Origin: Mycobacteriales bacterium
GTDB lineage: Bacteria > Actinomycetota > Actinomycetes > Mycobacteriales > JACQDL01
Assembly (NCBI GenBank): GCA_035476575.1
Contig: DATILL010000150.1
Location: forward strand, 5,139-69,138
Reading direction: 5' to 3'
Length of the DNA stretch: 64,000 nucleotides
Shown here: positions 15,579 to 24,246 of the stretch, one piece after another
Position numbering within the stretch: the first letter of the stretch is position 1
Layout of the letters: every line of letters starts with the position of its first letter
Translations under genes and position numbers: made by a program
The notes under the pieces: generated by a model
Database searches by the model: none
The model's input: the letters and a program-made list of their open reading frames with translations, nothing else
Told to the model about the DNA's origin: nothing

Positions 15579-16226
15579 ATGAACCGCTTGGACGGAACAG
15601 TGCTCTTGCTCAGCGGCACCGACGATCACACGACCGAGGCGGTCAACGAGGCTCTACGGCGTCTCGGCGCCAAGGTGGCGCGGATGGATGCCGGAGATTT
15701 TCCGCAGTCGATGACCCTCGTAGCGAAAAGCGCCGAGTCGGGAACCTGGTCAGGTCGCCTCGTCAGCACGCAGGGCTCGATCGAGTTCCACGTCGCTGCA
15801 CGCGTAGGCCTGACGACGCCTCGAACGCTGGTCACCAACGACTACACGGCGTTGCGAGACTTCGCCGCTGAGATCGACGGGCCGCTCGTATGCAAACAGA
15901 TGTCGGCACTAGTTCTGTATGACCACGGGAAGCCACGTCTGACCTACACCACGCGCGTCGAGGTCGCCGACGTCAGCCCGACAGATCTCGCGGTGACCGC
16001 GAACCAGTTTCAGGAGGTTCCCAAGGCTCGCGAGGCGTGGGTCATAATGGTCGGCGAAAGACCATTGGCGGTGGCCATCCAAGCTGAGTCCGACGAGTCG
16101 TACGTGGACTGGCTACCGGCCGCATCTGACGGCGGGGCACGGCGCGGCCGGTGTCCCGGAACGGGCGCCGTTCGACCGTATCGTCGCCACCGCCGCTATC
16201 TCCGCCGTGCCGCCCGCCTGGATTGA
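15579..16226 (+). pseudogene. ATP-grasp ribosomal peptide maturase, internally deleted and 3'-truncated
   Basis: The N-terminus TVLLLSGTDDHTTEAVNEALRRLGAKVARMDAGDFP and GLTTPRTLVTND..VCKQMSALV..LTYTTRV..ANQFQEVPKAREAWVIMVG are family-like. About 60 aa seem missing after ..SIEF. Homology ends at ..ESYVDW (about 16110) and the ORF tail is out-of-frame methyltransferase sequence. Confidence 0.6.
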
Positions 16227-16803
16227 TCAGCTCACGCCCGGCGGGATGATTCTCACAGACCTGCGCGGCGAGCTGGCCAGCAGCCTCATCGCACTCCGCA
16301 AGACCGCGCCCGACACGGTCTCCGGCCGTTTCCTGTCGGTGCCCGGGCACTTCATGTGGCTCCGCGCCGAAATCGACAACCCACTTCGCGACGGCGGCAG
16401 CTACCTGATGGAAATCAACATCGGCAACCCACGCCATACGGCCACCGCCGTGGGACCGGATATTCTCGACGACCCGAACCTGCGGTTCCTCGTTCAGCGC
16501 CGGGCCCCGCGGAGCCAGAGCATTTACCGCATCGACTGTCATGGGCGCGACGTGGTCGAGGTCAACGCGGGTCAGTCTCGGGCGCATCTCGACACTGCCC
16601 CGCTCGGCGACGGCCTACACGAGGTCACTGAAATTGGACCGGACTGCGCGTGGAAATGCGTCGACTCCACCATCGACCTGTGGAACCACCTCGGCCGTCC
16701 CGTCCGTGAACGGTTCGGGCTCACTGCCACAGCCGACGGCACCCACATCCTCTGGCTCGACCAACCCGGCACCAACCACGCCTGGCTGCTACCGAACCCC
16801 TAA
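16114..16803 (+). pseudogene. PIMT-like O-methyltransferase, C-terminal half only
   Basis: This frame gives ..HLTAGHGAAGVPERAPFDRIVATAAISAVPPAWIDQLTPGGMILTDLRG.. through stop 16803. The SAM-binding N-terminal half is missing, and the only in-frame start is GVG-internal (GTG 16207). Confidence 0.55.
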
Positions 16804-16808
16804 CCCTA

Positions 16809-16839
16809 GCCCGGGACTTTCAGACGAGCGTTCCCGGGC
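16809..16839. terminator. hairpin in convergent gap (GCCCGGGA-N15-TCCCGGGC)
   Basis: 8-bp perfect arms between the methyltransferase remnant (+) and the DUF3107 gene (-). No U-tract. Confidence 0.3.
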
Positions 16840-16920
16840 AGAGCAACCACCGCCAGCGCCGGATGGGCCGACGGCTGGGCGCCCGCGACCCACCTGTGGG
16901 CCAGTGCCCGTGCCGAGGGG

Positions 16921-17151
16921 TCAGGCGCCGGCGACGAAGCCGACCCGGCGCAGCTCGGTCTCGGCGATCTCGACGTAGGCAATGATGCCGGCCTGCACGA
17001 TGATCCGGCGGCCCTTGTCGTCCACCAGCCTGAGCACGCCCTTCGGATCCTGCAGCGCCTCGGCGACCATCTGCTCGACCTCGGCGGGGTTCTGCGCGCT
17101 CTCGAAGACGATCTCGCGCGGCGTGTGCTGCACGCCGATCTTGACCTCCAC
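16921..17151 (-). CDS. DUF3107 family protein (TB9.4-like)
   Basis: 76 aa from GTG 17151, with AAGGAGG upstream: VEVKIGVQHTPREIVFESAQNPAEVEQMVAEAL..LRLVDDKGRRIIVQAGIIAYVEI. Confidence 0.8.
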   Translation of the reverse strand: MEVKIGVQHTPREIVFESAQNPAEVEQMVAEALQDPKGVLRLVDDKGRRIIVQAGIIAYVEIAETELRRVGFVAGA

Positions 17152-17219
17152 CGCGGCTGCCTCCTTGCTGGGCTGTTGTGGCAAGGCTAGCGTCCCCACC
17201 GCGATGTCCACATCGCGGC

Positions 17220-17855
17220 TCAGCAGGCGCGGCGCAGCAGCTCCAGCGTCCGGGACCGCGCCGTGGCGTAGTCGACCCCGTACGACCTGAGCAGGTCGTA
17301 CGCCGGCCCCCGCCGACCGGCGAGGATGGCCAGGAGCAGGTGCTCGGTGCCGACCAGGTGGTGGCCGAGCTCGCGGGCCTCCCTGATCGAGCGGGCCAGC
17401 ACCTGCCTGGACTCCGGCCGCAGCGGCACCGGCCCGCGCCAGCGCCGCCAGCGCCGGATCCGGCCGCCCCCGGCGAAGGGATGCCGCCGGCCCCGGTTCC
17501 GCCGCCGGCCCGCGGGCCGGACCGGCACCAGCGCACCCGGCCCGAACGACTCCTCCGCCTGCCGGACGACCGCCCGCAGATCGATCCCGAGGTCGGCCAG
17601 CGCGGCCGCGTCGGCGTCGTCCAGGCCAGCCCGGCGGACGCTCTCCGAGACCCCGTCGACCAGCTCGCGGACGGTGTCCCCGGCGACGACGCCGAACCCG
17701 GCGAGCACCCGCCCGGCCAGGCACTCCGGCTCGGCCAGCATGCCCAGCAGCAGGTGCTCCGGCCCGATGCCGCCAGCGCCGAGTCGCATCGCCTGGTCGC
17801 CAGAGCCGAGGACAACCCGCCGGGCATGGGCGGTGAAGCCCCGCACCACGATCAT
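17220..17855 (-). CDS. Clp N-terminal (Clp_N repeat) domain protein
   Basis: 211 aa with two Clp_N-like repeats (IGPEHLLLGMLAEPECLAGRVL; VGTEHLLLAILAGRRGPAYDLL). ATGA overlap with the upstream HTH gene. Confidence 0.75.
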   Translation of the reverse strand: MIVVRGFTAHARRVVLGSGDQAMRLGAGGIGPEHLLLGMLAEPECLAGRVLAGFGVVAGDTVRELVDGVSESVRRAGLDDADAAALADLGIDLRAVVRQAEESFGPGALVPVRPAGRRRNRGRRHPFAGGGRIRRWRRWRGPVPLRPESRQVLARSIREARELGHHLVGTEHLLLAILAGRRGPAYDLLRSYGVDYATARSRTLELLRRAC

Positions 17856-18070
17856 CGCTGCCTCGCATGCTTCTTGTGCACTGCCTGGCGGCTCACGCCG
17901 AGCGCGTCGGCGACCTCCTGCCAGGACCAGCCCAGCTCCCGGGCGTTGCGGACCTGGAGCACCTCAAGCTGCTCCAGCAGCTTGCGCAGGGCCGCGACGG
18001 CGCGCAGCCCGATCGCGGGATCTCGCCCGCCAGCAGCGGTGGCGAGCGCGGTTGCCTTCACATCAGCCAT
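17852..18070 (-). CDS. small helix-turn-helix protein
   Basis: 72 aa: ..NARELGWSWQEVADALGVSRQAVHKKHARQR. Translationally coupled to the Clp_N gene. Confidence 0.65.
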   Translation of the reverse strand: MADVKATALATAAGGRDPAIGLRAVAALRKLLEQLEVLQVRNARELGWSWQEVADALGVSRQAVHKKHARQR

Positions 18071-18105
18071 GCTGTCAACCTACGTTGACGGCGTGAGGCT
18101 GTCAA

Positions 18106-18801
18106 CTAGAGTTGACGAGGGTCGGTCTGCAACGGGAAGTTCGAGATGCCCCGCCAGGCCAGCGACTCGATCAGCCGGACCGCCTCCTGCTTGGGCACCT
18201 CGCTGGCCCGGTCCAGCCACCACCGGGCGGCGATCTCCGACATCCCGGTCAGCCCGACCGCCAGCAGCTCGGCACGGGGCCGGTCCAGCCCGGTGTCAGC
18301 GGCCACCGTGTCAGTGATCGCCTCGATCAGGCCGCGCTCCATCCGATCCACCTTCTCCCGCACGGCCGGGTCGTTGCGCAGGTCGGACTCGAAGACCAAC
18401 CGGAACGCCTCGCTCTCGGAGTCGACGAAGTCGAAGTAGGCCGAGACCGCGTTGTGCACCCGGGCCTTGTTGTCCGTCGTACCGGCCATCGCCTGGCGCA
18501 TCCGCTCCACCAGGTCCTCGGCGTGCGTCTCCAGCAGCGCGAGGTAGAGGTCGAGCTTGCCCGGAAAGTGCTGGTACAGCACCGGCTTGGAGACCCCGGC
18601 GCGCTCGGCGATGTCGTCCATCGCCGCGGCGTGGTAACCGTGCGCCACGAAGACCTCGCGGGCGGCCCGCAGTAGCTGCTTGCGGCGGGCGGAACGCGGC
18701 ATCCGGACGGTCCGGGCGTGCAGCGGCTCGGCGGGCGGCGGCACGCTCGACGTCGGTGCCGGGGTGGTCGCGGGGGTGGGTGCTGCCGGCGTCGCCGTCA
18801 T
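18106..18801 (-). CDS. TetR family transcriptional regulator
   Basis: 231 aa: RRKQLLRAAREVFVAHGYHAAAMDDIAERAGVSKPVLYQHFPGKLDLY. GGAGG upstream of ATG 18801. Confidence 0.85.
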   Translation of the reverse strand: MTATPAAPTPATTPAPTSSVPPPAEPLHARTVRMPRSARRKQLLRAAREVFVAHGYHAAAMDDIAERAGVSKPVLYQHFPGKLDLYLALLETHAEDLVERMRQAMAGTTDNKARVHNAVSAYFDFVDSESEAFRLVFESDLRNDPAVREKVDRMERGLIEAITDTVAADTGLDRPRAELLAVGLTGMSEIAARWWLDRASEVPKQEAVRLIESLAWRGISNFPLQTDPRQL

Positions 18802-18870
18802 GCCACCTCCCTCCCGTTTTGCCCATTCGTCCCGCCGAACTTTACCCGGGGTAGGAGCGGCGGCGCCCGA

Positions 18871-19053
18871 TCAGCGCCAGTCGTCGTCGTCGATCGGCAC
18901 CTCAGCACGCTGCTCGGCGGCGTCGGCGGGGTCGACGTCCCAGGGTACGTCGGGAGTGGAGACCGGGGTGCGCGCCTCGCCGGGCTCGGGCACGACGTCG
19001 GCATGCTGCTCGGCCGCATCCTCGGCCGGGCTCTCCCATGGTGTCTCGGTCAT
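18871..19053 (-). CDS. small acidic hypothetical protein with internal repeat
   Basis: 60 aa, with PAEDAAEQHA / PADAAEQRAE repeats. Same strand as its neighbours. No family recognised. Confidence 0.35.
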   Translation of the reverse strand: MTETPWESPAEDAAEQHADVVPEPGEARTPVSTPDVPWDVDPADAAEQRAEVPIDDDDWR

Positions 19054-19089
19054 CCACCCTCCTCAGTGTCCTGGCCATTGTGCACACCC

Positions 19090-19998
19090 TCAGCGGGGCA
19101 GCGCCGGCCGGTCGGCGGTGCGCAGGCCGGCGAACAGGTCACCATGCTCCTCGACCCGCGCCAGCACCTCACCTGCGGTGAACCGCAGCGGCCGGCCCGA
19201 CTCGACCTCCGCCCAGCGCAGCGGGGTGGAGACGGTCGGCTGAGCCACGGCCCGCAGCGAGTACGGCGCGACGGTGGTCTTGGCGGCGTTGTTCTGGCTC
19301 CAGTCCACGAACACCTTGCCCGGCCGCAGCGACCGGGTCATCCGGGACAGCACCAGCGTCGGATGGGTGGCCTCCAGCCGCTGGGCCAGGTCCTTCGCGT
19401 ACGCCGAGGTCGCGGCGTCCGGGGCCGGGGCGATCGGCGCGTAGACCTGCATGCCCTTGCGGCCGGAGGTCTTCGGGTAGCCGGTCAGGCTGTCCCGGCC
19501 GATCTCGGTGCGCAGCAGGCAGGCGACCTCGGCACACTCCACAATGGACGCTGGCGGGCCGGGATCGAGGTCGAACACCAGCAGGTCCGCCGGGCGCGCC
19601 TCACCGCGCGGGCCGACCGTCCACTGTGGAACGTGCAGCTCCAGCGCGGCCAGGTTCGCCAGCCAGACCAGGGTGGCCAGGTCGTCGCACACGACGAAGT
19701 CGATCTCGTCCCGGTTCATCGAGCTGCCGGGCACCGGCAGCCGGACCGTGCGCACCCAGCTGGGGGTGTGGGACGGCTTGTTCTTCTCGAAGAAGGACTG
19801 ACCGGTCACGCCGTTCGGGAACCGGTTCATGGTGAGCGGCCGGTCGGCCAGGTGCGGCAGGATGTACGGCGCGACCCGGGAGTAGTAGTCGAGCACCTCG
19901 GCCTTGGTGAAACCGGCGTCCGGATACAGCAGCTTGTCCAAGTTGGACAGTTGCAGGGTGCGGCCGTCGACGGTGACCTGCACCCGCTGCGGGCTCAA
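19090..19998 (-). CDS. NHEJ polymerase/primase (LigD polymerase domain protein)
   Basis: 302 aa from TTG 19998 (GGAGGT 5 nt upstream): LQLSNLDKLLYPDAGFTKAEVLDYYSRVAPYILPHLADRPLTMNRFPNG. Confidence 0.85.
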   Translation of the reverse strand: MSPQRVQVTVDGRTLQLSNLDKLLYPDAGFTKAEVLDYYSRVAPYILPHLADRPLTMNRFPNGVTGQSFFEKNKPSHTPSWVRTVRLPVPGSSMNRDEIDFVVCDDLATLVWLANLAALELHVPQWTVGPRGEARPADLLVFDLDPGPPASIVECAEVACLLRTEIGRDSLTGYPKTSGRKGMQVYAPIAPAPDAATSAYAKDLAQRLEATHPTLVLSRMTRSLRPGKVFVDWSQNNAAKTTVAPYSLRAVAQPTVSTPLRWAEVESGRPLRFTAGEVLARVEEHGDLFAGLRTADRPALPR

Positions 19999-20037
19999 CC
20001 TGTACCTCCGGCCTCGGTGTGATGCGATGGTAAGAGG

Positions 20038-21006
20038 GTGCCCACAGAGGGTCTACCCGCACTGATCCGGCCGATGCTCGCCATCGCCAGCGGCCTGCCG
20101 GCGGACGACGCGGCGCACGGCTACGAGCTGAAGTGGGATGGTGTCCGCGCCGTCGCGTATGTCCACAGTGGACAGTGGCGGCTGGTGTCGCGCAACGACC
20201 GGGATGTCACCACCGGCTATCCCGAGCTGGCCGCGCTGCCCGGGCTGCTCGGCGGTGCGTCGGTCATCCTGGACGGCGAGCTGGTCGCCTACGACGAGGG
20301 CGGTCGGCCGAGCTTCAGCGCGCTGCAGGATCGGATGCACGTCCTGGCGCCCAGCCCGGGGCTGGTCGCCGCCCGGCCGGTGACGTACCACCTGTTCGAC
20401 GTCCTGCACCTCGGCGCGCACAGCCTGCTGCGGGTGCCCTACGCTGACCGGCGCGGGCTGCTGTCCGAGCTGGCCCTGGACAGCCCGCCGGTGCGCACCC
20501 CGCCGTACTTCGTCGGCGGTGGCGTGGCGGTGCTGGCGGCCAGCCGAGAGCAGCGGATCGAAGGCGTGGTGGCCAAGCGGCTGGACTCGCCGTACCTGCC
20601 GGGCCACCGCAGCCTGCTCTGGCGCAAGATCAAGAACCTGCGCACCCAGGAGGTCATCATCGGCGGCTGGCGGCCGGGCGCCGGCCGGCGGACCGGGCTG
20701 ATCGGCTCGCTGCTGCTCGGCGTGCCGGCCGCCGGCGGGCTGCGCTACGCCGGGCACGTGGGCACGGGCTTCACCGAGGCGATGCTGCGCGACCTGACCG
20801 ACCGGCTGGCCCCGGACGCCCGGCCGGACAGCCCGTTCGCCGGGCCGGTCCCGCGCGCCCACGCGGTCGACGCGCGCTGGGTCCGGCCGACGCTGGTCGG
20901 CGAGGTGGCGTACGGCCAGTGGACCCGGGACGGCATGCTCCGTCATCCGGTCTGGCGCGGGCTGCGCCCGGACAAGACGCCGGAGGACGTCGTACCGGAA
21001 GGCTGA
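20038..21006 (+). CDS. ATP-dependent DNA ligase (LigD ligase-domain type)
   Basis: 322 aa: IRPMLA..YELKWDGVRAV (KxDG adenylation motif)..EGVVAKRLDSPYLPGHRS..WRKIK. Confidence 0.85.
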   Translation: MPTEGLPALIRPMLAIASGLPADDAAHGYELKWDGVRAVAYVHSGQWRLVSRNDRDVTTGYPELAALPGLLGGASVILDGELVAYDEGGRPSFSALQDRMHVLAPSPGLVAARPVTYHLFDVLHLGAHSLLRVPYADRRGLLSELALDSPPVRTPPYFVGGGVAVLAASREQRIEGVVAKRLDSPYLPGHRSLLWRKIKNLRTQEVIIGGWRPGAGRRTGLIGSLLLGVPAAGGLRYAGHVGTGFTEAMLRDLTDRLAPDARPDSPFAGPVPRAHAVDARWVRPTLVGEVAYGQWTRDGMLRHPVWRGLRPDKTPEDVVPEG

Positions 21007-21009
21007 CTG

Positions 21010-21085
21010 GCGCCGCACCGCAGGCCGCCGTCCCGGAGAGCGCCGCACCGCAGGCCGCCGTCCCGGAGAGCACCGCACCGGAGAG
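21010..21085. repeat. 30-bp perfect tandem duplication plus a partial third copy
   Basis: GCGCCGCACCGCAGGCCGCCGTCCCGGAGA at 21010-21039 and 21040-21069, then GCACCGCACCGGAGAG. Lies in a convergent intergenic gap. Confidence 0.85.
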
Positions 21086-21095
21086 CCGGGCACGG

Positions 21096-21443
21096 CTACA
21101 CCCGGAGCAGGGGGGCGAGCCGTTCCCAGCGGGCGATCTCGGCGCCGTTGGTCCGGTTGAGCTCGGCGTGCACCGGGCGGCCACGCCAGCGCCCGGTGAC
21201 CGTAGCGGTCTCCGGGCCGCCGTAGATCATGGTCGCGATGGTGCCGGGCGGGACCGGCGCGAACGGGTCGTCGGCTGGGCCGAACGCGGCCAGCGCGGCG
21301 CAGGCGGCGGCGGCGTTCGGGTGGTCGCCGGGGTCCTGCGGTGGGTTCCCGGGATCCGGTGGTGGCTCCGCGGGGCAGCGCAGGGTCCGGGTGACCGGGT
21401 CGACGCCTGGCTGGGACACGGTGACCCGCAGCTCACAGTCCAT
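21096..21443 (-). CDS. SSI (subtilisin-inhibitor)-like domain protein, no signal peptide seen
   Basis: 115 aa: LRVTV..TLRCPAEP..GDHPNAAAACAAL..DPFAPVP..TMIYGGPETATVTGRWRGRPV follows the SSI-like pattern, but the second Cys pair is missing. Confidence 0.45.
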   Translation of the reverse strand: MDCELRVTVSQPGVDPVTRTLRCPAEPPPDPGNPPQDPGDHPNAAAACAALAAFGPADDPFAPVPPGTIATMIYGGPETATVTGRWRGRPVHAELNRTNGAEIARWERLAPLLRV

Positions 21444-21459
21444 GGGTCCACCGGCTCAG

Positions 21460-21495
21460 GGGTCCGCTCGTCATGTCATGGGTCCGCTCGTCATG
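21460..21495. repeat. 16-bp direct repeat (GGGTCCGCTCGTCATG x2, period 20) in the ku upstream region
   Basis: Copies at 21460-21475 and 21480-21495. The related motif CATGGGNCC recurs at 21441, 21477, 21492 and 21511. Confidence 0.7.
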
Positions 21496-21604
21496 GGACC
21501 ACTGTGGACTCATGGGCCACGCTGGACCAGCCCTCCACCGGACGCGACAACCCGGCCCCGCGAATGCGACCCTGGTAGTGGGCTCCCCGGGAGGCAGGTG
21601 CGGC

Positions 21605-22450
21605 GTGCGTGCGATCTGGAAGGGCGCGATCTCGTTCGGGCTGGTGACCATCCCGGTCCGGCTCTACACCGCAGCCGAGGAGCGGGACGTCTCCTTCCAC
21701 CAGGTGCACCGTACCGACGGCGGTCGGGTCCGCTACAAGCGGGTCTGCACCATCGACGGCGAGGAGGTCCCGTACGCCGACATCGCCAAGGGCTACGAGC
21801 TGGACACCGGCGAGATCGTGGTGCTGACCGACGAGGACCTGGCCGACCTGCCGCTGCCCTCGGCCAGGGTGATCGACGTGCTGCAGTTCGTGCCGCTGGA
21901 CCAGATCGACCCGATCTACTTCGCCAAGAGCTACCTCCTGGAGCCGGACAAGACCGCGGCCAAGCCGTACGTGCTGCTCCGCGACGCGCTGGAGGCGTCC
22001 GGCATGGTGGCCGTGGTCAAGGTGGCGATCCGGACCCGCGAGCAGCTCGCCACGCTGCGGGTGCGAGACGACGTCCTGGTGCTGGAGACCATGCTCTGGC
22101 CGGATGAGATCCGCACCCCGGACTTCGGTTTTCTCGACAGTGACGTGGCGCTCCGCCCGCAGGAGATGGCGATGGCCGAGTCGCTGATCGAGAGCATGTC
22201 CGGCGACTTCGACCCGACGCAGTACCACGATGAGTACCGCGAGGCGCTGCTGGCGGTGATCGACGCCAAGGTGGCCGGCCATGAGGTCGTCGAGCCGCGG
22301 CCGTCCGGGGCGGCCAGCGGTGAGGTCGTGGACCTGATGGCAGTGCTGCGGCAGAGCGTGGCCGCGGCGAAGCGGGCCCGGGGCGAGGAGCCGGCAGAGG
22401 AGAAGACCGCGAAGAAGGCAGCCAAGAAGACGGCCAGCCGCTCGGCCTGA
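21605..22450 (+). CDS. ku: NHEJ DNA-end-binding protein Ku
   Basis: 281 aa from GTG 21605: VRAIWKGAISFGLVTIPVRLYTAAEE..FHQVH. Lys-rich C-terminal tail (KTAKKAAKKTA). Confidence 0.9.
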   Translation: MRAIWKGAISFGLVTIPVRLYTAAEERDVSFHQVHRTDGGRVRYKRVCTIDGEEVPYADIAKGYELDTGEIVVLTDEDLADLPLPSARVIDVLQFVPLDQIDPIYFAKSYLLEPDKTAAKPYVLLRDALEASGMVAVVKVAIRTREQLATLRVRDDVLVLETMLWPDEIRTPDFGFLDSDVALRPQEMAMAESLIESMSGDFDPTQYHDEYREALLAVIDAKVAGHEVVEPRPSGAASGEVVDLMAVLRQSVAAAKRARGEEPAEEKTAKKAAKKTASRSA

Positions 22451-22549
22451 CCCCGCGGGTAGGCGGCCAGACCAGTCACCGTGCGGTGCTAGCACAACAC
22501 GCCTAGTCATGATGCGGACCAGACGGCGGTGTTGTGAGAGGCTGCCCGG

Positions 22550-23701
22550 GTGACTCGACCGACTGCGAGCCATGGCGGCCATCCGGTCCGACCACACTCG
22601 GCTCCGCGCGGCGCGGGCCAGCGGCCCACCCGGGCGCATACGGAGCGGGCACCCGGCGGGCGGACGCGGACCGTCGACAGCCCGGCGCCGACCCGCCGCG
22701 GGTACGACACCGCCGCGCAGCGGGCGGCCCGGATCGGCCAGCCGCGCACGGTCGCCAGTCCCGATGGCACGGTCAGCACCGGCAGCTACGGCGTCGCCGC
22801 CCGCGGCCGCGGCCGGACCTACGTGCCCGGCGAGCCGGCCCGCCGTCCAAGCCGGCTGGCCAGGTTCCTGCAGGACTACGGCTGGCGGGCGTACGCGATC
22901 CCGGTGCTGACGGTCGCGACGTTCCTCTGCGGCATCGACGTCGTCAACGGACCGGCGGGCAGCGGCCAGGCCAGCTCGGCGGGCCCGGCGGGCTCGGTGG
23001 CGCAGGTCCAGAACGCCGAGATCTACGTCGAGCTGCCGCGCGACCTGGCGGGCGGCAGCCAGCCCGCGCCCGGCGCTGGAGCACTGACCGACGCGCTGCC
23101 GGCCGGGCCGCCGTACACCATGAAGGGCACCGGCACGTACCGCATCGTGCCCGGGACCTCGAAGGTCTACGGCACCGGGCCGCTGCAGCTCTACGCTGTC
23201 GAGGTCGAGGAGGGCATCGACATCGACCAGCAGGCCTTTGCCTCGGAGGTGGAGCGGATCCTCGGCGACTGGCGTGGCTGGGGCGCCAACGGGCGGATGT
23301 CGTTCCGCCGGGTGGACGACCCGGGCAAGGCGTCGTTCCGGGTGTCGCTGACCGCCACCATGACGGTGCGGTCGATCTGCGGGTACGACGTCAAGTCCGA
23401 GACGAGCTGCTACAACGGCACGCTGCACCGGGCGGTGATCAACGACGCCCGCTGGGTGCGGGGAGCGCAGGCCTTCGCCGGCAACCTGCCGCTGTACCAC
23501 TCCTACGTGGTCACCCACGAGGTCGGGCACAGCTTCGGGCACCGCCACCAGCTCTGCGGCACGCCGGGCACCCCGGCGCCGGTCATGATGCAGCAGACGC
23601 TGTCCACCGGCCTGTGCACGCCCAACCCGTGGCCCTACCCGGACGGCGTCCACGAGGTCTCCGGCCCGCCCGCCCCCCCCAACCTTCCGGTCGGCCGCTG
23701 A
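22550..23701 (+). CDS. DUF3152 family protein (putative Zn-metalloprotease-like, HExxH)
   Basis: 383 aa: ..LQLYAVEVEEGIDIDQQAFASEVERILGDWRGWG..YHSYVVTHEVGHSFGHRH. One N-terminal TM helix. The start is uncertain. Confidence 0.75.
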   Translation: MTRPTASHGGHPVRPHSAPRGAGQRPTRAHTERAPGGRTRTVDSPAPTRRGYDTAAQRAARIGQPRTVASPDGTVSTGSYGVAARGRGRTYVPGEPARRPSRLARFLQDYGWRAYAIPVLTVATFLCGIDVVNGPAGSGQASSAGPAGSVAQVQNAEIYVELPRDLAGGSQPAPGAGALTDALPAGPPYTMKGTGTYRIVPGTSKVYGTGPLQLYAVEVEEGIDIDQQAFASEVERILGDWRGWGANGRMSFRRVDDPGKASFRVSLTATMTVRSICGYDVKSETSCYNGTLHRAVINDARWVRGAQAFAGNLPLYHSYVVTHEVGHSFGHRHQLCGTPGTPAPVMMQQTLSTGLCTPNPWPYPDGVHEVSGPPAPPNLPVGR

Positions 23702-24246
23702 CCGGGACGCGCTGGGTCCACCTTGTCGCTGGGTCCACCACCTTGTCCGGGGAGCCAGGGGCGTTGGGCTACCACCCCCGGCGCCCCCGGCTCCAGATGC
23801 TGCGCCGGGCCTTGGTGGATCGCTCGGGTGACAGCAGTTCATTTGTACACCAGCTGAGAAACTAGGTTTCCTCTGTTTCTCAGGCTAGGTGGCTCCGGTT
23901 CCGGAGGATGTACACGGCCTCGGCTGTTCGCCAACGGGGGTGGATCACGTGGTGGCCAGCGATGAACTGGTCCGCGCGGCATGGCTGTGGCCGCGACGGC
24001 GATGCGGGGATCCGTCGGTCTGAGCGGCCATCGTGGCGGCAAGGTGCAGCGGCCGCAACCTCGGGCAGCCTGTCTCATGGGACAAGAGTCCTGGATTTTA
24101 GGGAGATCTTTTATCTGGACACTTGGGGGCGCTAGCGTCTAGACGACTCAAGTCCTTCAGCGGACCTTGGCCGTCCTACCCCGGCTACGAAGGGTCCGGC
24201 TGCGGGACGCCGCACCGGGCCTTGGTGGCCGCTTGGGAGGACATTT

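Noticed and set aside
16820-17868. Track ORFs 16820..17827(-) and 16921..17868(-) (335 and 315 aa) spanning the DUF3107 and Clp_N genes.
   Set aside because: They are alternate frames of the same strand. Only the last 76 aa of one matches DUF3107, and the rest is low-complexity Arg/Gly/Pro sequence.
23854-23883. Hairpin CTGAGAAAC-N12-GTTTCTCAG as the terminator of the DUF3152 gene.
   Set aside because: It lies 150 nt past the stop and has a 12-nt loop and no T-run. It is mentioned only as part of the AT-rich islet.
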